A stretch of 64,000 bases of DNA, from positions 170,269 through 234,268 of the forward strand of contig NZ_JAKWBN010000001.1 of assembly GCF_022511585.1 (NCBI RefSeq), in the 5' to 3' direction. The notes beneath the pieces are model-generated. The model did not search any database. It saw nothing but the letters and a program-made list of their open reading frames with translations, and had not been told where the DNA came from. Each line of letters opens with the position of its first letter. Positions within the stretch are counted from its first letter, which is position 1. Origin of the DNA: Shimazuella soli (GTDB taxonomy: Bacteria; Bacillota; Bacilli; Thermoactinomycetales; Thermoactinomycetaceae). Positions 38,845-47,995 of this stretch are shown here, in pieces. The translations under genes were made by a program, and so were the position numbers.

Positions 38845-39558
38845 TTAGTGTTTTTTAACCGGCATAAAGATATGATTAGAAACAATTTGCAATGGGTTGG
38901 TCTGATAATTAGTCAATATAATCGTAGAAAAACATCGACCATCCGTTTCACGGTTAAAAAGTCGAATATTTCGTATTTGACTAAGAAAATGAGCAGTACC
39001 ATAACTTCCCATCGCATGAATACCGGCTATTAGTATAAAAGTATCTTCTCTTTCTCTATGAAAACGAAGTCTGCCTAAGTATGCTATATCTTTTTGTTCT
39101 GGCTGCTCTTTATCCATCGGAGATATTAATTCATTCTGACTTGATAGATCAACAAATTTCCATTGCCCACTCCCATCTTCACGAAATTGATAATAGGGGT
39201 CTATTTCAAGAAGTTTTTTTATTGCTGGGGACGTCTTTGGTCCACATATTACAATATCTCCAATAGTAAAATTCATATCAGTATCATTAGGTAGATAGGA
39301 TAGGCTAGGTATTGCTCCGTGTTCTCGAACAAACTCAGCTAAAGTATTTGCTGCTAAAAAATCTTCAGAGGCGATAACAGGCAGTTCTCTGCCAAGATTA
39401 CGAGAAGGGAAGAAAATGTTTACTTTTTGAGATCCAAAAAATTTTTCCACACTTTTCTTTCTCCCCATTTTAGAAATCGTACGAATCAACCAACCTCCAA
39501 TAATAGCTATATTAATCGTTAAAGAAATTACTAATTCAATGTTATCTAAAATTGGCAT
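38845..39558 (-). CDS. hypothetical protein, N-terminal TM helix + uncharacterised domain, downstream of the PP2C-like gene
   Basis: 237 aa, probably in an operon with 39570-40438. I could not assign the soluble domain. Confidence 0.45.
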   Translation of the reverse strand: MPILDNIELVISLTINIAIIGGWLIRTISKMGRKKSVEKFFGSQKVNIFFPSRNLGRELPVIASEDFLAANTLAEFVREHGAIPSLSYLPNDTDMNFTIGDIVICGPKTSPAIKKLLEIDPYYQFREDGSGQWKFVDLSSQNELISPMDKEQPEQKDIAYLGRLRFHREREDTFILIAGIHAMGSYGTAHFLSQIRNIRLFNRETDGRCFSTIILTNYQTNPLQIVSNHIFMPVKKH

Positions 39559-39569
39559 GTGAAACTCCT

Positions 39570-40438
39570 TTATGTATTTTGGATCATGAGCATGGATGCA
39601 TCGTCATGTTTGTGAAACCGCGGGTACTTTTGCCCATTTGGATCAGCATATTCAATCGCTCTGATGCGTTCTATTACCTGTATCGCAGGAGTTTCGGCTA
39701 AATAACGAAGCAGATTTTCCCACGAAGAAATTACTTCAAATGTGTCCACTAAACGACTTAGTCCATCTGTCATTAAAGCGATTGTCCAGTTTTTTTGGGA
39801 GGGAAGCGGTTTTTCTCCAATCAGCGCATGTTCTGCTGCATCTGGATCAAGGGAGACGATAAAGTAACCATCTTTATGATTTCGCAATTGATTTTGTAAT
39901 GCGAGTAATGTTTGTTTTTGTTGCTTTATTTCAGGGGACATATAGCCATGTCCTTCTTTTAATAGCGAACTAATGGAGGAGCGAATAGGAGATCCGATTT
40001 GTTGTAAACGCCGATCACAGATATGGTCTAACGTAGAGTTGGTGTAAATACATAAAGAACTGTCACCCAGAACAAAATATTCTAATTTTTGTTCGGATAA
40101 TCGAATCATAGCAAGCGTACTACCTGCTATTCTTGGATGGATGGATGGATGGATGGATGGATGGATGGATGGGATTCTATTATCAATTGAGAAATATTCT
40201 CAATTGATGTTCGGACAATTTGCTTTAAGGGGGTATTGGGAGAAGCGTTTTGTAATGTTTCCATAAGGATTTGGTTGAATAATTGTACATACATCTTTGT
40301 ATTTATTTGTGAAGTGCTTGATTTTGGCATAGATGCGCCATCTAAAACCCAAAAAACATTATCATACATCCCTATTAGGTCTTCATTGTATAACTTTTCG
40401 GGGTTTTTGTTCGATAAGGTTGAGATCAAATAATTCAT
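39570..40438 (-). pseudogene. PP2C (PPM)-like phosphatase gene interrupted in-frame by a (GGAT)9 tract; currently two ORFs (103 aa + 179 aa)
   Basis: The N-terminal part (FWVLDGASMP) and C-terminal part (LMTDGLSRLVD) resemble PP2C motifs. The repeat encodes HPSI units. One extra GGAT unit (or loss of two) would fuse the two ORFs with no intervening stop. Confidence 0.5.
40135..40170. repeat. tetranucleotide microsatellite (GGAT)9 inside coding sequence
   Basis: Counted directly from the sequence. Confidence 0.95.
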
Positions 40439-40756
40439 TTTATCTACTCCACTGTTTGGTTATCATTCTGTGATTATTATACAATTTAAACAAGTTTGTG
40501 AAAAGTGAATTGAATGTCTTATGACATAAGTTGTCCACTTTTGAAAAATCACTTTCATATAAAAATGGCTTTTACATGTACGACATAGGGATGGTTCTCT
40601 TATCTCATTATGAGCAAAATGATTTCAACCATAAGAAAAGCCCACATAAAAAGAAACAGATTTTTATTATTTCATCTGTCTCCTTTTTTGGGAGCATATC
40701 AATTTTTGGAGTGTAAAAAATCTATCTTACGGTGTGAATTACCTAAAAGTTAAAGA

Positions 40757-40797
40757 GCTGTCCTGTTTGCTTATCATGCGACAAGAGATCGTCCCTT
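40757..40797. repeat. ~41-bp direct repeat, left copy (pairs with 41994-42036)
   Basis: gctgtcctgtttgcttatcatgcgacaagagatcgtccc versus gctgtcctctttttgttgtaatgcgacaggagaaccgtcccc. Confidence 0.6.
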
Positions 40798-40876
40798 TAC
40801 AGAAAGGTTGTCCCATATACTAAACCAATATATTCCAAGAGAATTCTTGACAGAAATCTCTGCTTCTAATAAAATT

Positions 40877-40912
40877 ATGTGGACGGTGATCAGGTCGCGT
40901 GCGACGTGACCG
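40877..40912. repeat. inverted repeat, left arm (partner 41441-41494)
   Basis: tgtggacggtgatcaggtcgcgtgcgacgtgaccgatc. The right arm's reverse complement is cactgtggacgg[+20 nt]ggccgtgtgcgacgtgactgatc. Confidence 0.7.
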
Positions 40913-40930
40913 ATCCCCCGTCTATCTAAC

Positions 40931-41413
40931 TTATAATCCTAAGAATACACGGGTAGCCGACCAAAGCAAAGCCGCGTATTCATAGGGGATGGATAAGATC
41001 TTATCGACTGGAAACAGCGGTGAGATCTTATTTATTGTCTGGGTAGAACCATTTTCGATTGCTTTCCCGACAATGGTTGTCAGGATCATTGTTCCAACCC
41101 AATGTAACACGAATATCCACCATTTACCGGAGTTCGCTTTTTTAAGAGCTTCCTCGGCTTTGATGGCCCGGTTTTCCCACTCGTTTTTTTCTGCTTGCTC
41201 CTTTTGGATCTCGGCTTTTGTAGCAGCGAGTTCCTGTAAGGTCGAATGAAGATGATCCTCGGCTTTCAGTGCCCGATTTTCCCATTCATTCCTATCAGCG
41301 AGCAGTGAGTCGATTTTGGCGTCTTTCGCCTCGATCGTTTTTACCAGGTGTGTTATTCCCTCTACTTCTTGACGTGACTGTTGGTTAACAACAACTTTCG
41401 TTTGTTTTTCCAT
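40931..41413 (-). CDS. coiled-coil protein with C-terminal TM segment (internal NEWENRA(L/I)KAE repeat)
   Basis: 160-aa ORF with AAAGGGGGAAA RBS, lying entirely between the inverted repeats. Confidence 0.5.
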   Translation of the reverse strand: MEKQTKVVVNQQSRQEVEGITHLVKTIEAKDAKIDSLLADRNEWENRALKAEDHLHSTLQELAATKAEIQKEQAEKNEWENRAIKAEEALKKANSGKWWIFVLHWVGTMILTTIVGKAIENGSTQTINKISPLFPVDKILSIPYEYAALLWSATRVFLGL

Positions 41414-41440
41414 ACCTAATTTCCCCCTTTTATTAAGGGA

Positions 41441-41494
41441 GATCAGTCACGTCGCACACGGCCAGATGCTAAGCATTGGCTACCGTCCACAGTG
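41441..41494. repeat. inverted repeat, right arm (contains an extra palindromic 20-nt insertion)
   Basis: See the left arm. It is followed by a ~150-bp GC-rich structured segment (41495-41640). Confidence 0.7.
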
Positions 41495-41882
41495 TCTGCC
41501 CCAGGCAGACGAAAAGCTAAGGTAAAACTGTGCAGGGATGGCGAAAGCCCTCTACCTGCGCTGCTATCGCTGGTTCCTGCCAAAGGCAGCTGTTTTCACG
41601 ATAACGTGATCGAGTAAACATGCAGCTCCACTCAGCCGAGAACATTATGTTCGATCAGGCGAGGAGCACATATTTCTATCAGATCAAAACAGACATACTT
41701 TTATCTAATCATAATGTGATTATATTTTCAATATTAGCTAAAATGGGAATCCGTTGCGTTAAAAACAGATGGTCTTCCACACCTCAAGGATTTCTTGATC
41801 ATCACTTTTCTGAGTAGCCGTTTTATTTGGTATAAACATTCGTGTAAACAAAAGAACAAATGGAGAATTTAAATTTTACATC

Positions 41883-41972
41883 ATGGAAGATTTGTTTGAC
41901 GAAGGATATGAAGGATTAACGAAAGATAAAACGATGGATGAAGTGGCATTAACCAAAAAAGAAGAAGAATAA
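41883..41972 (+). CDS. possible small acidic peptide gene (29 aa)
   Basis: MEDLFDEGYEGLTKDKTMDEVALTKKEEE, followed by a terminator at 41975-42010. The RBS spacing is poor. Confidence 0.25.
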   Translation: MEDLFDEGYEGLTKDKTMDEVALTKKEEE

Positions 41973-41993
41973 CAAAAAGAGGACATGTTGATG

Positions 41994-42036
41994 CTGTCCT
42001 CTTTTTGTTGTAATGCGACAGGAGAACCGTCCCCTT
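41994..42036. repeat. ~41-bp direct repeat, right copy
   Basis: See 40757-40797. Confidence 0.6.
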
Positions 42037-42105
42037 GTCGCATATGTCTATTTACATACCATTATTCTCGCTCGGCGACTGCCCCAATGGACAGCCGCCT
42101 TGATC

Positions 42106-42334
42106 TCAGTTGGTGATCATTCCTTTGATCAATTCCCTGAGCTTGAACCATGCCTCTCGCTCAGGAAAGCCATGGGTTCCATTGATTGTGACCATGGAGA
42201 CATCATTCCCGAACTTGCTTTGCTGGGTTTGGAGGCTGTGTGAGTTGAAGACACCGTCATTTGCCGACTGGATGAAGATCAGGTCTTGGACAGCCCATTG
42301 CAGCTCCAGTAATAATCGCCACTTTTCCACTTAG
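42106..42334 (-). pseudogene. gene remnants: SDR N-terminus (MSRLSGKVAIITGA) fused out of frame to a C-terminal fragment of an alpha/beta hydrolase-like protein
   Basis: Read from the minus strand. No intact ORF. Confidence 0.35.
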
Positions 42335-42399
42335 ACGACTCATATAGAAACATCCTTTCCTGATGAAATTATTTATCTTTGAACTTTGAGAAAAAAGAT

Positions 42400-43158
42400 T
42401 TAGAGAGTTAAGCCTCCATCGACCACAACAGTGGAACCAGTCATATAACTCGCTTTTTCTGAAGCTAAATAAGCAACCATTTCTGCAAGTTCTTCAGGCG
42501 CAGCATAGCGACCCAATCTCATATTTGGTATTTCTTCAGGGATATAGCCGCCTTTTTCAAATTGCTTCGTAACACTAGCTGTTAATGCCGTTTGCACCCC
42601 TCCTGGACAGAGTGCATTAATGCGAATTCCTTTTTTGGCATATTCTAATGCAGCCCCCTTTGTTAGGCCTACCACGGCATGTTTGCTTGCTGAGTATACT
42701 GCAACGCTATGTTCTGCGCGGATTCCTGCTGTAGAAGCAGTGTTTATAATAGAGCCATACCCTTGCTTGTCCATCACTTTTAATACATATTTCAATCCAA
42801 GGAATATCCCTTTCACATTGACAGACATGATGCGGTCAAATTCTGCTTCTTCGATCGATGTGAAAGGAGCAAACTTCTGGATAATGCCTGCATTGTTGAA
42901 AAATACATCGATGCGTCCATATGTTTTAACAGCCTTATTCACATAGTTTTGCACATCTTCACTCTTCGACACATCTGCTTGAATGAAGATCCCTTCTCCA
43001 CCTTGTTCCTTCACAAGTTTTAACGTTTCTTCTCCTGTTTTTTGATTGAAATCAACTAAAACGACTTTTGCGCCGATCGATGCTAATTTAATGCTACTGG
43101 CTCGTCCAATTCCACTTCCTGCTCCGGTGATAACAGCAACTTTGTTTGCTAGTTCCAT
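42400..43158 (-). CDS. short-chain dehydrogenase/reductase (SDR) family oxidoreductase
   Basis: TGAGSGIG Rossmann motif, NNAG, and catalytic YSASK. Confidence 0.8.
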   Translation of the reverse strand: MELANKVAVITGAGSGIGRASSIKLASIGAKVVLVDFNQKTGEETLKLVKEQGGEGIFIQADVSKSEDVQNYVNKAVKTYGRIDVFFNNAGIIQKFAPFTSIEEAEFDRIMSVNVKGIFLGLKYVLKVMDKQGYGSIINTASTAGIRAEHSVAVYSASKHAVVGLTKGAALEYAKKGIRINALCPGGVQTALTASVTKQFEKGGYIPEEIPNMRLGRYAAPEELAEMVAYLASEKASYMTGSTVVVDGGLTL

Positions 43159-43475
43159 GATTTATTCCTCCCGTATTAGCGTATTGTCTTGTTGATACAA
43201 ATAAGGATTCGTTTTTCCAGTATCAACTAGTGCTATCTATCTATGAAATTTTTAGGATGAATCATATTTATATGCAGCGATGCAGTCATACCCAAAATAT
43301 CGCGATATCGAAAATACATTAACAAATAGTTGTTTTATCAACATCGTGTTGATAATATCGATTATAACAGTCCTCTATGAAAGAGCAATCAACATGGTTT
43401 ACTGGTCAGTTGTTTAATCGACAGCTCGTGAAGTTGTGTTGTGAAAGAGAAGAAAGTAATACAAGGAGATGAAAA

Positions 43476-44075
43476 ATGTCGAGAAAATTAGATCCAAGAG
43501 TTGTAAGAACACGTCAAATGTTAAGAGACGCACTTGTTGAATTAATTCACGAGCAGGGATATGAGAAGATTACCGTTCAAGATATTACAAGTCGTGCCAC
43601 TTTAAATCGCGCCACTTTCTACCTGCATTATCGTGACAAACTTGATCTTCTGTATCAGAGTTCAAAAGAAATCGTAAAAGACCTAACCGAGTGTATTGAT
43701 TTATCTTTTGAGGAAGACAAGGAATTTGATTTTTTAAGCGATAAACCCCATATCGTCTTTATCCGGCTCTTCGAACAAGTCTCGCAAAATAGTAACTTAT
43801 ATAAAGTTTTTTTGACTGAAAAAAACATGCCCCATTTTACTTCCCGGATAAAGGATGTTCTCGTAGATTTTATTTTAAAAGGAATAAATCATGTACAGCC
43901 GGATGATCAGCTGCTTACTGTACCGCGGGAAATCGCTGTGAGGTATTTTGCCGCAGCATTTCTGGAGGTTATTGTTTGGTGGTTGGAAAAGGACATGCCT
44001 TATGCGCCCAAATATATGGCAGGATTATTAATGCGTATTGCAATAAAGGGACCATATGTGAATAATCCTTTTTAG
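43476..44075 (+). CDS. TetR/AcrR-family transcriptional regulator
   Basis: N-terminal HTH (ITVQDITSRATLNRATFYLHYRDK). Confidence 0.75.
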   Translation: MSRKLDPRVVRTRQMLRDALVELIHEQGYEKITVQDITSRATLNRATFYLHYRDKLDLLYQSSKEIVKDLTECIDLSFEEDKEFDFLSDKPHIVFIRLFEQVSQNSNLYKVFLTEKNMPHFTSRIKDVLVDFILKGINHVQPDDQLLTVPREIAVRYFAAAFLEVIVWWLEKDMPYAPKYMAGLLMRIAIKGPYVNNPF

Positions 44076-44253
44076 AACAGTAGTTCAAGTCGGTGGAGAA
44101 AAGGGGAATGTTGGAGATACTATTGCTTTCTTTGGGACGAAAAGATAACCCTTTTGGTAACTTTTAAAAGAAATAACCAGAAGGGTTAAATTGCTGATTG
44201 TGGCTTTCTTTGTGTTCAGAAAATCTTGATTCCCTGAAGATTGGTGTGATTTA

Positions 44254-44769
44254 ATGAAGATACTCACACACGTGGGATTGAATGAAGGAGCGGTCGTGAA
44301 CAAGTTCTCAGAAACCGAAATGCGGACGATCTTCCGGAACGCAAGGAACGCCGTGCAGAACCCCATCCAGAAGAATGTCGCTGGGTTCTTCCCTGGTGGG
44401 AAGTTCTACAGCGTTGACGAGCTGAGCACGCCCGTCGATCGTTGGAACTTTCCGCGGCGAGACCAGTCGAAGACTGTGGTCTCCGTGCAGGTGACCTCGA
44501 ACGGACGGATGGGGATCGCAGGATTCCCTGCGCCGATCATCACTACGAATCTGGAGGAGAAGTACGAAGAAGAGGGGATCCACTACTACGCGGATCTCGC
44601 TGACATGGGGGTCCGATCGACCGCCGTGGCGTACAGTCTGATGGACTTCAGGGGGGAGGGGAATGTTCCCGCAATGTTCCTCCTCTTCCACCGAGTGTCC
44701 AAGACCATGTTCTACGTGGTCGGGTACTGGAGGTTCGGGTCTGTTTACGAACCCTTCCTCACGTACTGA
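44254..44769 (+). CDS. GC-rich (~60%) protein of unknown function (171 aa), likely horizontally acquired
   Basis: Strong GC3 bias in the plus frame only. The antisense 188-aa ORF is spurious. No recognisable motif. Confidence 0.45.
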   Translation: MKILTHVGLNEGAVVNKFSETEMRTIFRNARNAVQNPIQKNVAGFFPGGKFYSVDELSTPVDRWNFPRRDQSKTVVSVQVTSNGRMGIAGFPAPIITTNLEEKYEEEGIHYYADLADMGVRSTAVAYSLMDFRGEGNVPAMFLLFHRVSKTMFYVVGYWRFGSVYEPFLTY

Positions 44770-45221
44770 GCCTATCCCTGCAAAGGGATGGTGAGCTCTC
44801 CCGCGTGTGGCAACCCCGTGCAGGGATTTCTGGCTAATACAGCAGACTTCTCGGTACGGGGCCCACTTTTTCACCCTCCCCTTATTTTCTTCGCATCTAC
44901 TTATGGGTCAAAATTTTCCATGGATCGCTTCCAAATACCCATATCTTTTGCATTCATTGTTATTTTGTTTCTGTTCCTAATCTACCTCTTTTACAAACAG
45001 CAGAAAACCAAGTTAAACTAGAACTTTCTTTCTTTAAAAAGATCGCAATGAGCAACTCACCTTTTTCCCAATCAGTGAAGAAGGTATTTTGTGCAGCTTA
45101 AATGTATGTGGATATTTTTGTCAGCGGATTTGTTCAAAAATCTCTTAAAGTCAATCAAACATAATAGCATTGATTGCTCTATATCCAACATTGGTATCGT
45201 TAATAGTAAAACTTACGGTCC

Positions 45222-45482
45222 CTATACTGGAACAACACATACATGCAGGGTATAGGTGATGGGAGAGCCTGTAGCTGTATCTGTAAAAGTTAGATTTGGA
45301 ACAAATGTTTCAATATTAGGATTGTTTCTTACTCTTCCTTTTCTTTCCATTAATTGCAGTTGTGTTTCATTTGGTGCAGGTAATAAAGCATTGTTTTTTC
45401 TCAGTTCATACCGAATGACGTATTGGAACAAATCATTATTCGCTCCTGATCCTTGGGATACAGTTACTTGTACTTTGGCCAT
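45222..45482 (-). CDS. hypothetical small protein (86 aa)
   Basis: ORF with a weak RBS. A plus-strand 94-aa ORF overlaps it, so it is uncertain which is real. Confidence 0.2.
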   Translation of the reverse strand: MAKVQVTVSQGSGANNDLFQYVIRYELRKNNALLPAPNETQLQLMERKGRVRNNPNIETFVPNLTFTDTATGSPITYTLHVCVVPV

Positions 45483-45721
45483 CGTATCTACTTTTATTTG
45501 TGTGCCCGCCGATGCTGCTGGGACAGATAAGGAAGTATAAGAGGAGTGGACTGAAATCTTGTCGTTTTTTCGATTGGGATCAGATGGATACGTATTTGGG
45601 ATTGTACATCATATAAAAAAATAGCGATCGTTTTCTGTAATTCAACAGTAATAGTCGCCTGCTTTTTTTAAAAATTTGGTAACTAATTTTTAAGGGACTG
45701 TAAAACGGGGAAGAATCATGC

Positions 45722-46507
45722 TTAATTATTGAGTTCTTTCCCTCTTACACTTGAGATGTTCAGCATCTTTGCAGGAATGATGCGAGTGAAGATCCAAAAC
45801 AATAATACTTGTCCCATGATCAGTATGAACAATTCCATAGAATGGGAGACAAAGTAGTCTAAAAAGGCATATACCAACCCTAATAAGAGATGAAAGATAA
45901 GCGAGATCCAATGTGATGCTCTTATTTTTTTTATTTGGAAGTCTATTATCCATGAAAGAGGAGCAATGAGAGTAAGGAGCAAGGGTAAAGTCATAGGCAG
46001 TTCGCTTATACCGTTCATAAAATTAAATTCAAAGTAAGGATATTGGAAAAAGTAGTAAATTACAGTAGCTATGGAGACAGCTGCAGAGATCCAAAGTTTA
46101 TGAATATAAAAATCTTTTGCCTCTTTTGATACTAAAAAGGAAGGAATAAATCGATCTATTATCCAGGAGAGAGTAACCCCAACTAAAACTAGTACAGTAC
46201 GAGTATTAAATAGCGTGATGGAAAGGACAAAAGCATAATTTAAACTGATTGCGAGAATGATTCCTAAGGCAAAATGTATAAAAAATGATACTGTATTTTG
46301 ATACTTTTCTTTGACTAAACGATCAATTCCTACAGATAATAGTGACCAAATGAGGATAATCGGGAGGGCAATGATACACCATATTTCCAATCCTAGATGA
46401 TTTTCATTATCATACTCCCCTTGGTAGGTGCTAATGCTAATGACAGAGGTAATAACAATGTAAAGGATATAAAGGAATGATGTACTTATCAATTTACGGA
46501 ATAACAT
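45722..46507 (-). CDS. hypothetical polytopic membrane protein
   Basis: 8-9 predicted TM helices. Start chosen at the Met preceded by a GGGGGA RBS, 11 nt after the stop of the upstream XRE gene. Confidence 0.5.
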   Translation of the reverse strand: MLFRKLISTSFLYILYIVITSVISISTYQGEYDNENHLGLEIWCIIALPIILIWSLLSVGIDRLVKEKYQNTVSFFIHFALGIILAISLNYAFVLSITLFNTRTVLVLVGVTLSWIIDRFIPSFLVSKEAKDFYIHKLWISAAVSIATVIYYFFQYPYFEFNFMNGISELPMTLPLLLTLIAPLSWIIDFQIKKIRASHWISLIFHLLLGLVYAFLDYFVSHSMELFILIMGQVLLFWIFTRIIPAKMLNISSVRGKELNN

Positions 46508-46517
46508 AAAAATCCCC

Positions 46518-46979
46518 CTATTCTTTCTTTGGACTGATTCTTTCTTTAAATCGCTCATAGATGAATTCCTTATCAAAAGAGCTGTCCCATCGGCGGTTTT
46601 CGTGATCCAAAATGCGGTAATGATTGGTTATCACATTTTTCTGTAAAACAAATCCATTCTGCTTTTCTTTTTCCATCCACCAGACTTTCCCGCCTAATGT
46701 TTTTGGTCTTTGTCGCTCAAAGTGAGTGTGAGCAATTGTTTGAAGAACTTCCAGCGGGTTACCGCCTAATACATTTTGCAAAATGGTGCTGTTTTGGAAT
46801 AGAGCACATAAGGAAACAATCTGTATCCATGTTGCCTTTTGACGGCCTTTTTCTATTTGTACCAATGTTTTTTTAGAAATTCCTAGTATCGCAGCCATTT
46901 CTTCTTGGTGGTAGTCAAATTCAGTTCTTACTAATTTAAATTGTTCTGATAATACTTGTATAATTTTCTCTTTATCCAC
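46518..46979 (-). CDS. XRE-family helix-turn-helix protein
   Basis: HTH EEMAAILGISKKTLVQIEKGRQKATWIQIVSL. Confidence 0.6.
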   Translation of the reverse strand: MDKEKIIQVLSEQFKLVRTEFDYHQEEMAAILGISKKTLVQIEKGRQKATWIQIVSLCALFQNSTILQNVLGGNPLEVLQTIAHTHFERQRPKTLGGKVWWMEKEKQNGFVLQKNVITNHYRILDHENRRWDSSFDKEFIYERFKERISPKKE

Positions 46980-47086
46980 AAGATCACCCTATACCCTTCA
47001 AGTGTAATTTTACACTATTCGATTGTTTTGTCAATTTCATTTATAAAAAAATTGAGCAATTTACGATAAATGTTTTTTTCAAAGAC

Positions 47087-47797
47087 TTATTTCATTTGTA
47101 TGTATTTCATCATAGCAGCAATTGCTTCATACTGTTTGGTCAATTGATCATTCAGTTTTTGGATCGCACGTTGAAAGGATGTTTTGACGCTCTCCAAGTT
47201 TCTTGTATCCAGATCATCAAGCAGCTGTTTCATGCTTTCGATGAAATAAACCGTTTTTCTTAAACTGCTGATCACTATAATTTTTCTTAATTCACGGGAT
47301 GTAAATATCCGATATCCATTTTGAGTATTTCGTTCCGATCGAATCAATCCTTCTTTTTCCCAATGCCGGATGGCGGAAGGATTGACACCGCATATTTTTG
47401 CGACTTCCCCGATAGTCATCGCATCGGTTATTTTATAATTTTTGTATTTAGCGAAATCGGTTTGTTGGATCATGTTCAAGATGGATTCTACTCGCTGTTT
47501 TTCCATGTGTATATCGTGTAATTGTTGATTGATTAACCATAGACCGTTTTCGATCTGCCCTTGTTTTATCTTTTTCATCACTTCATAGGCAATAGGAATA
47601 TCATATCCTTTCAGCAGTGCTCGAAGGCTGACAAAGGCTTGCAGATGTGTTGGTGTATAGTATCTTCGGTTGCTGGCTGTTCTTGGCACATCAGGGACTA
47701 AGTCCAGCTCTTCATACCTTCGTAAGGTTGTCGTACTGACATTTAATTGTTCAGCAACTTGTTTAGGTGTATAGATGATATCCATCGGATTCTCCAT
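47087..47797 (-). CDS. MerR-family transcriptional regulator with two tandem MerR HTH domains
   Basis: YTPKQVAEQLNVSTTTLRRYEELDLV and MTIGEVAKICGVNPSAIRHWEKEGLI. Confidence 0.7.
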   Translation of the reverse strand: MENPMDIIYTPKQVAEQLNVSTTTLRRYEELDLVPDVPRTASNRRYYTPTHLQAFVSLRALLKGYDIPIAYEVMKKIKQGQIENGLWLINQQLHDIHMEKQRVESILNMIQQTDFAKYKNYKITDAMTIGEVAKICGVNPSAIRHWEKEGLIRSERNTQNGYRIFTSRELRKIIVISSLRKTVYFIESMKQLLDDLDTRNLESVKTSFQRAIQKLNDQLTKQYEAIAAMMKYIQMK

Positions 47798-47995
47798 TAT
47801 TTAAAGTATAAGATTAAAGTCCAGTAACAACATTAAATGAAAGAAATTCAGCAAAATCAAGCAGTTTTTGTCTTTGAACCGAAAGATTGCATAAATGTAG
47901 TACGATTTTGATGGAGTGATTTGATAAATGAATAAGAGGATGGGGGTAGGTCAGGTAGTGAATAAAAAGGATAAACCAAAAAGGAGTGGATCAAT

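Noticed and set aside
40877-40912. Group II intron 5' end (the sequence contains GTGCGAC)
   Set aside because: No domain V-like sequence and no reverse-transcriptase ORF. The motif is part of an inverted repeat pair instead.
44308-44874. 188-aa minus ORF antisense to the GC-rich 171-aa gene
   Set aside because: Same GC-rich artefact. The codon bias supports the plus frame.
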